DNA of 63,416 nt, counting the filler, from Reticulomyxa filosa (Eukaryota; Protista; Foraminifera): the NCBI GenBank assembly GCA_000512085.1. It is 17 parts of 17 records of this genome, joined end to end, with 100 filler letters (N's around TTAATTAATTAA, not from the genome) between each part and the next. Parts side by side here need not be neighbours in the genome. Positions count along the whole stretch, not along the records: positions 37,913 to 47,906 come from ASPP01003905.1; positions 48,007 to 49,287 come from ASPP01011494.1; positions 49,388 to 56,502 come from ASPP01023429.1; 14 more parts are not named here. One strand, given 5' to 3'. The position numbers were made by a program, and so were the translations under genes. Within the stretch, counting starts at the first letter, position 1; every line of letters starts with the position of its first letter. Below the pieces are notes generated by a model. The model had not been told where the DNA came from and did no database searches. It saw only the letters and a list, made by a program, of their open reading frames with translations. This document shows, one piece after another, positions 37,813-52,029 of the stretch.

Positions 37813-40611
37813 NNNNNNNNNNNNNNNNNNNNNNNNNNNNNNNNNNNNNNNNNNNNTTAATTAATTAANNNNNNNNNNNNNNNNNNNNNNNNNNNNNNNN
37901 NNNNNNNNNNNNTTTTTTTTTGCATGGTTCATAAATGATTATGATTATTTCAATTAGCCAAGTCGAACTTTTGAAAAAGAGTTGCAACTTATTTGGAGAT
38001 ATACACTCTCAAATAAATTCGATTTTATTAATTGGAGCTATTTTTCAAAAGGATTTTCTGCGTTTTTGATAAAAAACCTCAATTTTTACACCAAAGAATA
38101 AAAACGGTGTGTACACATTAACCAAAAGAATACACTTCGTCAAATGTTTCACTTTTTGCATTTGTTTTGTTTCCTTTTTTTTTCTTCACGAATTGGATGA
38201 GAAACAATAAAAATTCACGATTATACTTTTGTGTGCCATAGAATCTTCGTCATATTTTAAGAGTTTTAAAAAAGAAATAATTTTAAGTATCTACATTTTG
38301 CTATGTGGTAACTATAACAAATAAGACTTAACCTCTTGCAAATTAATCAAAAAAAGCAACATCATTGGATTGAATATTATTATCTTTTTAAATATTTTTC
38401 AGTTATTCTAAATTCCGATGATATCCTTGAAAAAACGTTTTCTTAAAATGATTCGGACTTTTAAAATTTTCATTGCTTTCTCTAAAAAAAACTTTTTTGG
38501 AGACTACAAGAGTTTTTTTGTATGTATTTAGAAAACGTTTTCTAACTATTTTTCCCTTGCAAACAGGAATTAAAAACAAGATATTTGAGTTCAACATATT
38601 GCATATTACTTTATACAATATCAATATAATTACAATAATCTTTCATAATCTACTAGTTTCTTTTCATTGACGTCAAAAGAAAACGAGATATTTTCAATTT
38701 TTGCAATTTAAAACAATGTCAATGTACGAAAAAAGTCATCATAGTTCTGATGAAATGTAGTTTTTTTTCAAAGAGTAAGCTTTTTTCAAACCACTCCTAG
38801 AATTTTTTTTGTAGACCGCTTATGCAAAAGACGTATAATTAGATTAAATTAATTTTTTTGCAGTGGTTTTTTTCGAGATACAAGGGATGTTGTTATAGTA
38901 CGTCTGTTTAAAAAAGACAAAATTGCAGGAAAGACGGACTTTTTTGCACAAGCTGGAACTTATTCCTCCTATTTGCTTCTATTATTTGAACTCGATGATG
39001 CCACTACATCATATTTTCTTTGTAATCGTATATTCAATATTTTTGCCGTTTGACGTATGTATTAATAATATACTAGTGCAATCATAAACAATTACTTGAG
39101 ATGATTTGTAAAGGTAGCATATATCCATGCATTTACGTACATTTTTTTAAACTAAAAAAACTTCAAACAAAAAACAGCTGTGTTGAGGTAATCAAACAGC
39201 AACTTTGAATGTAACGATGTAACTTATCTGTAGAGATACAAAGTGATAGTATATTACAGTTTGGACTGCCTTTTTTTTTATTAAATAAAGATATGTAATG
39301 CAAAGTTTGTATAATAACATTACACGACCAGAGACAAGAAGAAATGCTTATGTTCGCACACAGCGTCGCAAATGCATTGCCATATGTTAGTGAACTACGT
39401 ATCAAGCTTGTAGGAGACATGCAAGATGAATCAAAAACAGGAAAGTATGAAGTAGAAATGAAGGCGTTGGTAAAATTATATGATGTGATTAAAGAAAAAG
39501 TGCTGAAGAAAGTAATGGAAATGTATCAGTCGCGATTGACCAGATTACACCCAAAAAATAAGAAGAAACTTTGGACAATTATCCAAATTTACAGAAAATA
39601 ATGAAAAAGCAACAAATATCCTTAGAATTAAATAATTAGGGAACGCTCTTTGTACAATCCATAAAGGAATAAATGCATTTAATATTTGTATCAATAAAAT
39701 CGTTTTCATTTGCATACAAACATTTATATTGATGTGAAATTTATTAGCTGTATAATTTTTATTTTCTTTTGAATATTTGTAAGCCCTTTTTTTTATAGTT
39801 ATTATTGACAATGATCCATTTTTAATGTACAAACAAAAATAATACAATTTTAAAAAAATTGTATAATATATTGGTATGTGTAGCGATATGTGTATATTAT
39901 TGTGGGACGTCTGCTGATAGTAGTGGTACGCTAACTGTAATACGAGAGGCGTTTACTAAGAAGAGAATAGTGATTTCGTAAAACGAAAGAAATTGAAATA
40001 ATAAAACAAGACAACAAAAGGAAAGTAAAGAGAAGCAAGAAAGTAAGAAGTAAGTTTGTTGAGGAAGTTTAACCTACTGGGGATTCCTCCGTTCACTGAC
40101 GTTCAAATACTCATAATAGGGACTTGCCCTACATTATACTTGCCAAATGTTATGGTTATGATAGAAAATTCAATATCAATAATTAATTGAATTTTCTTCT
40201 GACTAATCCAGTCACAAATTACACACAATAACAAAAATCTAAATAATTAAAATAGTGCATTGGAGTTTGTTTTCTATTGCCAGGAGTAGTCATTCTATCA
40301 ACCTCTTTTGGTTTTTCTCTTGAGATTGACTTAGATAAAAAGATTTTTGTACAAAGCTTTTGAAAACAGTTTAAAAATTCAACACGACTTTGAATTATTT
40401 ATTGTAATATACATTATTTCAATTAAAACAAAAGATTATTTAAAAATTTTCAAAGGCAGTGATTTTTTAAAATAATTCAGTTCCGTCGAAGTGCCCAAAA
40501 TTGTAATTTTTTAAAGACCATTTGAAGGATTTTGCTGTTTTTCAGTTTTCAAAAGAGTTCCCTTTTTTAAAATGCTTAAAATATTTAATAGTTCAAATCA
40601 ATATTAACAAC

Positions 40612-42767
40612 ATGGGTAATCAAAATAAAAGTCAAGCCAGCATTACTCTCTTTCAAAATTTGAAGGCCTTGCCCACCCCACTTTCTTATTCTCAATGTGT
40701 GCTACATAAGCACGAAATCCTCATTTGTGGAGGTTGGGATAAAAGAGACTGTTATTCTTATCATACAATCAAAAACAAATACAAGTTTATTTGTGAGTTT
40801 CCAAGTGATATTATATTAGAAGGACACTGTGTAGTGAAATTGATAAACAATAACAAAGACAGTGATGAAATTACTTTATTGTCTTTTGGTGGATTTTATG
40901 ACCACACGTTGGTGATGAAATATGTAAGTGTTTGGAGCAATAACAATGACAATGAAATGAATAAACCAAAAAATTACAATCAATGGGTTCCTTTCACAGA
41001 TAGCCACAATCGTACAATTCGCATAGGAAGAGATAATGATAATTATAATGGAGTGCGCGCAGTGATTGGTGGAAGCAACAATAATTTGTTATTTATTACT
41101 TATCTTAATTGTAATATTAGCGTATTTGATTTAAATACATTTCAATTTATTAAACATGATACTTTGCCAATTGGCAATTATATTAATTATCATTGTTTTG
41201 TATTAATATCAGAAAATGGACAAGAAATGGTGAAAACAAATGAAAAAAAAAATAAAGAATAAAAATAATGAAATGCTGTTGTTTTTTAGAAGCACAGGAT
41301 TATTGATTGAGTATGATGAAAATAACAACAATTTTCAATTTCATCAACTACGTGTTGGTAAGGATATTGAATCACTATGTCAATATGGATACGTGTGTAC
41401 AAATGGTGGAATTTTGTTCTTTGGTGGATATACATATATGAATTCAAAAACGGTGTGCAAGTATTTAATACAAGAAAAGTCATGGATTACATTTGAAACT
41501 TCTTTGCCTATTCCGTTGTATGGTTGTTTTGGGATATTGAGTGAAGACAACACTCATATACATATCATTGGGGGAATTAGTGAAAGAAGCGCAGTATCAA
41601 CACATATGAAAACAAAAGTAAATATATGGAAGGATATATCAAATTTGGTAATCTTTCTTTTTGATCTTTTAAATTTTCTTTGCAATTATGTGCAATTTTA
41701 TGAAATATCAACAGTCAAAAAATGAAATCAAATTTTTTATTGAACATTGGACTAAAATTTTAAAGATAAAATTAGGATGGATCAGTGATTTTAACAAAAT
41801 TATTATCAGATATGTTAAGTAATGTTTTCTTTTGGATGCAAATTAAAATGTATTATGTTATTTATAACTTCACATTTTCAAATAGGTAAAAGGTTTTGAA
41901 TTGTTGATGGTCTTACAAGGACATGACAATATAGTGAACAGTGTCAAATTTTCTGCAGATGGTTGTAAGATTATTTCAGCATCATCTGACAAAACTATTA
42001 GAATATGGGATGTCGCATCAGGAAAACAGCTTCAAATTTTTAAAGGACATACTGATCGAGTATTAGCTGCAAGATTTTCACTTGATGAACATAATGCTAT
42101 TTCATGTTCAGCTGATGGGACAATTAGATTATGGGATGTTAATACAGGAAATGAAGTGATGAAATTAAAACAGGATTCCAAAATATATGATTTAGATTTT
42201 TCTCCTGATGGAAAGTGTATTGTATCCGGCTCACAAGATGGTACAATACGATTATGGGATGTACATTCTGGAATAGAAATAAAACAATTCTCAGGACATT
42301 CAAAAGGTGTATGGAATACACAATTTTCATCAGACGGTAAAATGATTGTGTCATCGTCACTTGATAAAACAATTGGTCTGTGGGAGGTGGAATCTGGTAA
42401 AATATTGAAACAATTTAAAGGGCATTCTGATCATATAATGCGTGCAACATTTTCTCCAGATGGACGATTTATCATATCCTGTTCGTCCGATAAAACAATT
42501 CGAATATGGAATATTGAAACAGGAAAAGAATGGAAAATTTTGAGAGAACATTCGTACTCTGTGAATGAAGTAAAATACTTTTCAGATGGTCAAACAATTG
42601 TATGTTCCATTGGTTACAAAATTCAATTGTTGGATGTAGAATTAACAAAGAAAATACAAACATTGGAAGGATATGACTATTCTATGGTATGCGCAGATGT
42701 TTCTCAAAATAGCAACACGATTACAGCAGGTTCTGAAGAAGGTAAAATTCAAATTTGGGGATTATAA
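40612..42767 (+). CDS. Kelch-like propeller + linker exon + WD40 propeller fusion protein
   Basis: MGNQ start; GG-containing Kelch-like blades (LICGG, LSFGG, AVIGG, LFFGG, HIIGG); poly-A frameshift ~41250; phase-0 introns flank exon 41715..41813; about 7 WD40 repeats ending at stop 42767. Confidence 0.82.
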
Positions 42768-42868
42768 GTTTTATAAAAACTTTTTTTTTAAGTGAATATA
42801 AAGCATTTTTTTAGATTTGTTCCTTTTGACAATTTTCTTAAGTGAGTAAAAATACTGATTTTGGCGAC

Positions 42869-43500
42869 ATGGTTAATCAAAATACAACTCCTTTTCAAGG
42901 CTTGGAGAATTCTCCTAATCCACTTTTTCAATCTCAATGCGTGCTACACAAACACGAAATCCTCACGTAGAGGTTTTGATGAAAGGCTTGTTATTTTTAT
43001 CATACACACAACGAATACAAGTTTATCTGTGACTATCCAAGTGATGTTAAATTAGATAGAAACCGCGTAGTAAAACTGGCAAATAACAATAATAACAAAG
43101 ACAACAATGAAATTACTTTATTATCTTTTGATGAAAAAATAAACATGCATTTATGAGCGTTTGGAGTAATGACTAATGATAGTGATAATATCAATGATGA
43201 TGAAATGAATAAACTAAGTAATAGACTCATTTCACAGACAATAACAATCGTACAATTCTTATTGGAAGATATAGAGATGATTATCAAGAGATGCGTGCAA
43301 TAATTGGTGGAGGTAATAATAATTTGTTATTTATTACTTATTATTACGACAATATTAGTGGGTTTGATTTAAACACATTTCAATTTGTCAAATATGAAGA
43401 AAAAGATAAAAGAAAAAAGAAAAAAATATATGGAATGCTCTTGTTTTGTAAAGATACAAGATTATTAATTGAATATGATGAAAATAACAACTACAGTAGA
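42869..43500 (+). pseudogene. Decayed paralog of the upstream Kelch-like region
   Basis: MVNQNTTPFQ...SQCVLHKHEILT* and MRAIIGGGNNNLLFITYY...IEYDENNN match the 40612 gene but carry stops, indels and deletions. Confidence 0.8.
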
Positions 43501-46500
43501 ATGCAAAGTAAAGTTGACACCTAAAACGGCACATTATAAAGATTTTTCTTACAACTCGATATTGTCATTCGCATACATTATTAGTAAGCCAATAGTCACA
43601 TCAATGATTATTTTACATTCAATGCTAATCCTCCGCATTCGATCTTTGTATTTTTTATGGATATTTACAACATATAAAATATTTATTTGTAAAATGATAC
43701 AACTAAAGCATGAACGCTGGTAACTGTGAAGTGAGTTGGTGATTTTATCATTACAATTGCTAATTTTAATTCATGTAATGCTTGGTTCAGTTGAATCCAA
43801 TGTATTTGTATGCAATCTTTATTCAGCATGTATTTGACAGCTTGTTTCAATCTCATGCGATTGCGTCCGATTTTATTTCCATTTTGAACATCGTCGTAAT
43901 AAAATCTACTTCAACACCGAGTCCACTTATTCATCGGATTTACACAATTGTAATATTACATCCACTTCAAATTGACCCGATTGCATTCGTACCGACTTCG
44001 ATTCATTCTATTTATTTGATCACTCATCCATTTAATTTGTTTACGCGTTTATTCGTCTGTTTGTTTGTGCAATCACCAAGTCCAGTCGATTATCTTCCTC
44101 TATTCTATTCCAATTTCAATACAATCACCGATACAATTCCGATTGCGCAAATATGATTATCACACAGATCGAGTCTTCAAGTCACAGCCAAAGAAATAAT
44201 ATTGATTAAAAAAAAACAAAAAGAATGACAAACAATAACTGTTTCATTTGCTTTTTTGTTAATTTATCGATACTATTTCTTCTGTTTGTTAAGGTAACGT
44301 TTACTTTTAGGGAAAAAAAATCAAATGAAATGTACGCATATATTTAAACATTTATGCATATAATTCATTTTATTTTTTATTAGCATTTTTGAGCTGCCTT
44401 GATTGTTTTGTGTTGTTATGCGGAAAAACTTGAGTTGATAGCATCACTAGCATGCTATTTTTAATTCGATATTTTTTCTCTTATCTTTATTTTTTTTTAA
44501 TTTCCGTTTGTTTGTGCTGAATGTACATTCGCTGATTTTTAACACTTTCATTTTAGTGTTCCAAACGAATGTTAATTTTTGTTCTGATAAATATCTTTAT
44601 AACATCTATCATAAGTCGGACAACATCTTTCTCACACTATTTTCGACTCGGCAAAAAATATTTTTCATCAAATTTATTAATTGATATATGGTCATTTTTA
44701 AGATAATCTTGAATTAACAGATTGTTCAAAATAACAACTGATTGCAATTAAAATTCGTTCCAATAAAACAAGTGAGTAATTTTTTAAAAATTAAACTAGA
44801 TTTTGTTCCAATTTCTTTTTTTCATTTTCATTGCTTGCTGTATTTTTTTACATTGGTAAAGTGGTTCTCAACAAATCAGCAATCATTTTTTGTGAGTTTT
44901 AAAAACTTGCTTATCATTCACATTAACACAAACTATCCTTGATAGCCACTTACCGCTTTTGTTTTGCTATTATAAATAACTAATTGATATTACGACTTAC
45001 CAATGAACTTACTTCTGTCCTTTCCTTGCAAATCCATCAAGACTTAATATCCTAAGATTTTCATCTCAAATGGTTAGTGTCAAATTAAAATAGTTCAATT
45101 CGCTGACTTTCAGATTGTTGTTTAAAGCAGAAATCGTTTTATTATATTTGTGGTTGTCTGATCAAAACTTTCTTGTGCAAATATTCCTTATCGACTCACT
45201 TTTCGGTATTTTTTATGAGGTACGATTGAATACTTCTTTTTCGTTTTCATAAAATATTACAGTGGCAATATGTCGGTGCCCAGCTGTTAAAGCTGCTTGC
45301 ACCGTTTGACTACACCTTTTGTCTTTCTGAAACCCAATTTAGGAATTTTTGACGCAAGTTTAGTTCTGCATAGTGTCATTCTCCTACTTTCACTGCCTGA
45401 GTCATGATTTTTTTTTATATGTAGTTTTTTTGGAACGCTAAGCTCGTTGTCAAATAATTTGTATTCACTGGGTTTATTAAATAAAAAAAAAGTATTGTGC
45501 GTTGGTGGTAACACTCAAATAAGATTACGAAAAAATAAAATCAAACGAATTGAAAGACGTCACAAAAGAATATAAGCAAACACAAACACAATAAAAAAGT
45601 AAAAATAAACAAAGGCTGAGAAAGAAGCATTTGAAAAAGTCACTAGTGAACCAGGAACTTGAAGGTGCAGCCAGTTTTAAATTTTTCACTTTTAAGAATA
45701 ATTTGTTTTTAATTTTTTTAATTATTTTTTAAATGATGCAAAAATTTTTAAAGTTTTTGTTAAAGTGAAAAAAACAGAAAATTTATAATTAATTTCTTCG
45801 AAATTGGTTGGGAAACACAGAGCTTGTACCTAAAAAAACTAGAAAATATAATGTCTTGTTGTGTTCCTAAGTGCCTGCAAACAACTTGTGTCCTTTCATT
45901 GGCAAGTGACAAATATGATTGTGCTCATACATAAGGAGAGTATAATGAAATCAAGGCATCATGCACGAAAACTTCTTACTAACTGCTGTAAATCTGTAAA
46001 CATCGCAAGTGTCAAAGAAATTTGCAGTTAAAAAAACAGACAATGGAATTATGCAAAGAAAAGGAACGCAATGAAGCAGTGAAGACTGTGAAAGAACATT
46101 TGCAGTTGTTGTTGGATGACCATTGACAATGGAACAGCTTTCGTTGTATGTAGTCACAGCGAGAATGATTGACTTTTTTTACAAAAATTTTAAACAAAGA
46201 CAACAGTCAAAAAATTCTGAAATAATAAATAACAGTGCATTCCTCGAATCTAGATAGTACAAAAACAATGCACAATATCACCAAAAAATTAGAGAATTTG
46301 AACAATAATTTCTATTATATTTGTGGTAAATTCATGCAATCACATTTTTCTAGTCATAATTCCTTCCAACAACACAATGATTTGATGATGATAAATAATT
46401 TTTTGTTTTTGTTGGTTTTTCCTAAGGCTTCCCAAAATGAAATATTTCAAATTTGTCATCATTTTAAGTGTATTTGATTCGGAGAATCAAATACATTCAA

Positions 46501-48348
46501 TTTTACAAAAAAAGATCAAACAATACAGACTTCATCATTATTTAAACACTTCTAAGCTACAATAGCGTCGTCGATGGCTTGAACCATAGCTATTTCAATG
46601 CACTTTCATATTTATTGCTTTGTTTTTTTGAAATTATTAACTTTTGATAGCACCATTTTCTCTCTTGAATGTCGTGAACAAGTGAGGAGTTGAAGAGAAT
46701 GGCACAAGTGAAACTTTCAAAAAAAAAAAGCAATAAACAGATTGCACATTGCATACTCTATCATGTAAAATTACGGCTTTTTGATGCTATGTTTTATTGA
46801 TTTTTTTCTTTTCGATCAATCCAAGACTTGAATACAATTTGGAATTTCATTTTCAACACTGCACAATGCTTCTTAAAAAAAATAACATAAATGATACACA
46901 AGAAATTGGAATGCAAATTTGAACTCGATTTAAAAATTATCTTTTCTCTTTTATAATCAAATGAAAAGTTGAAAAAAAACAAAAAACAACACCAATTTCA
47001 TACGATTTTGTTTGAGAAACACTTTCCCCCTTAAGTTCAAGATTCAGTTGATAACACTTTGAAAAAGTTAAAAGAAAAAGAAAAAAGAAAGATATGGAAG
47101 GAATAAAGGAAAATAAAGAAGTTGTTGAACAAATTTCAACACAAAACACTGGTATCACTAACGACACTACAACAAACAAACAGGAAAAAAAAAGAGATTT
47201 AAAAACGTAGTACAATCTTTCTTTTGCATACAACACATTTTCTTGATTTTACTTGATTCCATTTACACATAACTCCAGTTTTTGATCTTTAGCACCAAGT
47301 GCATACAATCTTTTTTTTTTAAAAAAAAAACTTGGACGATGCTCTTTATCATGTCAATGGATAACAAATGATAAATATTCATACTTTGATAGGTGTAAGT
47401 GGAGGTAACAAGGCTCCACGAAAAAGATCACTTCGTGATTTAGGGACGATGTATCGGCGCCGGCCCCAAAGAAAAACAAGGTTTGTGATAATGCACATTT
47501 CTTTTATTTTGAATGACTTTGTAGATAATTAATTTATAATTGACAATCTTTGTTGTAGGTCAATCCAGAGCCGAATACACAACAGCAACAGCACCAAGGA
47601 CCAAAACCCGAACTGGAAGCAAAACAAGAGCCAGAAGAAAAAAGCAAGGAGTCCCACGAAGATCAGCAGCCATCGACAGAACAAAAACAAGATCAAGAGC
47701 TAGAGCCAAAACCAGAGTCAGAACCAAAACCAGAGTTAGCCAGAGCAATCACAAGCGCAAAAACGAGGCTGCATCAAGCATTCGAAGAACATGAAATTTC
47801 AGCAGCTGCACCTCCATCGAAGCGATGCAGAGTTTTGTTATTATTATTATTATTTTTTGTTTGTTTTTTTTTTAAACAAAAAAAAAAAAAAAAAAAAAAA
47901 AAAAAANNNNNNNNNNNNNNNNNNNNNNNNNNNNNNNNNNNNNNNNNNNNTTAATTAATTAANNNNNNNNNNNNNNNNNNNNNNNNNNNNNNNNNNNNNN
48001 NNNNNNAAAAAAAAAAAAAAAAATTTCTTTTGAAATGGTAACAAAAAGTTAATCCCCCCCTTTTTTTTTAAACAAGAGAAAGTTCAACTTTTCGATGGAC
48101 TATCTCCACTTTCCCGTGCATTCGCAACTCCCCGTGCCGAGTTATAATAGCTACAACAAGCAACAGCAGCAACAACAGCAAATGCGAATGATGACAGTTG
48201 GCAGTGATGACAACGGCATAGACATAGGCGTAGGCAATATGATATTGACATCGACAACGGACGCGCCACGGGGACTGTTCGAAATGGCGTCCCCGTCGGG
48301 ACAGACTTTCGGAGGCGGAGGGGGAAGGATCGAAATGGGATCAGAACA

Positions 48349-48775
48349 GTGATCAAAAGATCCGAGCCCGTAGGTGCCGACTCGCATCAGCCTTTGCAAC
48401 ACACTCTCCGCACATTTCACGGGACGCCGCGAATTGTACCTGTATCGTCGCATCACACTTCGCTTGACAGTAACTACGCTAAGACAAGGACGAATACGCA
48501 TCTGGACTCCACTCTTGGAAACAACACCACTATTACTAACAATGCAAGCGCAAGTGCAAGTGCAAGTGCAAATGCAAATGCAAATGCAAGTGCAAGTATA
48601 AGTGTAAAGCCAAGGACAAGTATAACCGGAGGGGACACTATCAACTCAATGCATAAAGCTAACGCAGTCAATGGAAGACACACACACAGCAAAAATGGAA
48701 AAGAGAAAGATAAGGAAATGGAAAAGTATCATCATTACCATTATCACCATTATCATTATCACTACCATCCATCTC

Positions 48776-48812
<37 letters not shown>

Positions 48813-48978
48813 GCAACAACAACAACAGCAACAACAACAACAAGACAACTTGAACCATTTCAACTCCTTTTCCAAACACTCTGAGCGACAACAAGTCCCT
48901 CGCTTTCTCGAGAGACAAACCATTTCTGCAATGCACGCACAAGAAACAACTCCCAAAAAATACGCCACAAAGGGCTGA
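48349..48978 (+). CDS. Low-complexity poly-Q/His/Ala-Ser protein, 3' fragment
   Basis: ORF with SASASANANA, HHYHYHH and a long poly-Q tract; overlapping upstream ORF 48095..48352 is probably the same gene. Confidence 0.45.
48775..48843 (+). repeat. (CAA/CAG)n microsatellite encoding poly-Q
   Basis: Direct reading of the sequence. Confidence 0.9.
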
Positions 48979-51900
48979 GTCTTGAACTCTCTCCTTTCAC
49001 TTTCCCTTTTTCTCCTCCCCCCCCCCCCCCTCCCCTTTGTCAAAACTCTTCGTTTTATTTCAGTCTTGCTTTTTTTGCTTTGCTTTCAATACCGCCGGGG
49101 GAAAAAAAAAAAAGAGTCTTTAAACAGAGGAATTATACGCACACATACAAACGTTCTTTGTGTAACGGAAGAAAAGTGAGACCCCTTTTTTTTTTTGATG
49201 TGTCGTCATTTTCTGTTCGATGAATATTTCAGTAAAAAAAAACAGATGAACACATTAAACAAAACTGGGGTAAGAAAAAAAGAGAAANNNNNNNNNNNNN
49301 NNNNNNNNNNNNNNNNNNNNNNNNNNNNNNNTTAATTAATTAANNNNNNNNNNNNNNNNNNNNNNNNNNNNNNNNNNNNNNNNNNNNCAAACAATTTTTA
49401 TAATGAAAAAATAAACAAAAGAAAAAAAGAATATAAAAAAAAAAATTAAATATTTCAAATTTGTATTGAAAATTGGTGATCCTGCGCGGGATGACAACAT
49501 TTGTTAAGTAAATTTTTTGTTTGTTTAAAAAAATTGTAAAAATATACTTATAATATTATAAGACAGGACATTACACATGGTCAGCAATCAGAAAGTAGTT
49601 GTTTGTATAATGAAATAGTATGTGGCGATGCACAAAGTGAAGAAGACCATATCTCAATGAAGAACAACGACGATAGTGATGAAACCAATGATTGCCAAAG
49701 AAATGTTAATGGAAGTCATAACAAAGACTGAAGAACAAATGATATCGAGAACGAAGAAAATAATCAAAGAATAACAACATTGTGTCCAATTCTTTTTTAG
49801 TAAGAACTTGAATACAACAATCGACTATAAATTCAATATTCATTTTTTATTTATGTAGGTCGCTGTGGTGAAGATATTGAAGCGTGGTGCTGAACAATGC
49901 AAATGGTACAATAGACAAAAATGCAGCAAACAGTATTACCTTTTTATTGTATAAATTCAATTCAGCTGCTAAATATAAAAGATTTTCCTGGAACCAGCAT
50001 TGACTAAAAAAAAATCAACAGGCCGCCAGTGAAACAGTCGAACTAATTTACTCAATGGTCCAAGAATTAATTTGGTATTCATTTGTCGAATAAGATGCAA
50101 ATGGTGAACAAGTTGCGCTTCCAAACCATCGTCAATGCAAATTAAAGCGATATTACATTCGCAACGTCGTTGAGAGTATATGGCCATATATATGAAACCA
50201 CTTTCAAATTGACTATCGAGTCTACCACAGTTATGCAAGGAGTTTAGTTTATCTATTTCGAAAATCAGACAGACTTGTGAAAGTATGACAAAGTTTTAAT
50301 GATTTTAGATAGTACAAGATCAAGTTCCACAAGTTCAAGTCCTGCAATCAAAAAGAGAAAAAAATTAATTAATAGAAGTGAATTTGGGACAAGTATTTGC
50401 TGGAGTGAATACGTTCGTCTTTCTTCGATAATCTCCAATTGATGCGTTATTCCTGTGGATACAGATTTGAAACAACAAAAAATGTTGTTCAAGTGAAAGC
50501 ATGGATATCATCAACAAAAATAACAATATGAATACAATCGATTAGTAGAATGAAACGTAATTGTATTATTACTCGACCTTGATCTATCACAATGCAGCGC
50601 AAAGTGGATTGTTATGTAAGTTCACAAGTCAATCAATATTATATGTACAATCGAAGAAAGGGAAATTGTGACAAATATTAATGCTAGAGACAAAGGATAG
50701 ATATTCAAGCATTTTGTAGAAAATTCTCTCGTGGCATACAATCATGCTATTATTCGAATTCAAACACAGAACTAATATTACCAACACCAGAACAAATATC
50801 GACCAAGCGTGAAGAAAGGCAGCTTTATTTGAAGGTATATGCTACTTTTATCATATTTTCAGCTTTTGTGATGTGTTTTAATCAAAACAATGTGATCATG
50901 GATCATTACATTATAGAATGATTTGCATTAGGTTTGGAATGAAAAAAAGAGTAAGGAAGAAGAACCCAGAAGAAGAGCAGATTAAGGGAATGGAAAAAAA
51001 AAGAGAAAGTATCAATAGTATTAGTGGATTATCTTAAAAAAAATATGACACTGGTATGAATATTGCAAGGAATATGAACATATCAAGAAAGGCAAGGAGA
51101 AAATGTGGAGTCGACACAATAATCACTTAAAAGTATTGCTATTCATTTTATCAAAACTATGAGTAGTTATTGATGATATTTATAAAATGAAATAAGTTAT
51201 AATGAATTGTCATGTGCTCGCAATCACACAGCGACAATTGGATTAGCACGCACCACTTTCATTCAACGTACTCCAATCCATTAATGCTACTAATTTGGTC
51301 AAATGTCCGTCACCGCCTTTTGCACGTATTTATGTTTGTGCTGTATGTGATCCCCCGACATCGACACACCAAGGCACATGAAAACATTTCCAAAATGCAA
51401 TTGCTATGACTTTTCGTGTTGATTTGGTGGAAAATATTGTCGTTGTCAAGTAAGATTGGCTGGAAATGATTTCTTTATTGATTCGAATGTCTTTGAAAGA
51501 AGATTAAAGTTAAAAAAAAATTTATTTTTTTTGTCTTTCTTTTTAAAAATTTGAATTAATTTGCTGTTTGTGTTTTTGTTTTTGCAACAACCAGAATATG
51601 TTAAATCGACGGGCAGTGAATGTGGTGGAACTGCAAATGAAGAAGGCAGTACAAAAATGTGAAGCAAATACCGCTGTCTTGGAAAGAACGTTACAAAAAA
51701 CCGCAAAAAAAAGTCGACGTGCAAATGATATTCAGAAAATTAATGTGGTGGCTCTTCCATGATGAATCACATCAAAACAACAGCGAATATTGTCAATGTG
51801 AAAGACACATGAAGAGGTTGTGTCGGTGAACAATATCGATTCGTTTACAATATTAGGAGTACAATCCCCAATCAATCAAACAAATTGGGCGAATCTTTTC

Positions 51901-52029
51901 CAAGACGGCATGTAAGTCAAGAAAATAATGACCATCATTTTCACAATGTGTGCAAGCTCTCAATACACGTTTCATTCCTGCAGTAATAACTAATGGATGA
52001 TAGCCTGTATTTCCAAGGATCACTCCATC

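Noticed and set aside
39344-39601. Short ORF resembling an N-terminal piece of the local WD40 families
   Set aside because: Isolated, with no downstream exons recognised; too weak to call.
39903-39956. Short possible hairpin containing TAATACGAGAGG, resembling the sarcin-ricin loop or a ribozyme core
   Set aside because: Mismatch to AGTACGAGAGGA, no flanking rRNA similarity, and no complete hammerhead core.
43782-44156. 124-aa ORF and possible HEAT-like remnants (also 52700-53350)
   Set aside because: No coherent motif or intact frame could be supported by eye.
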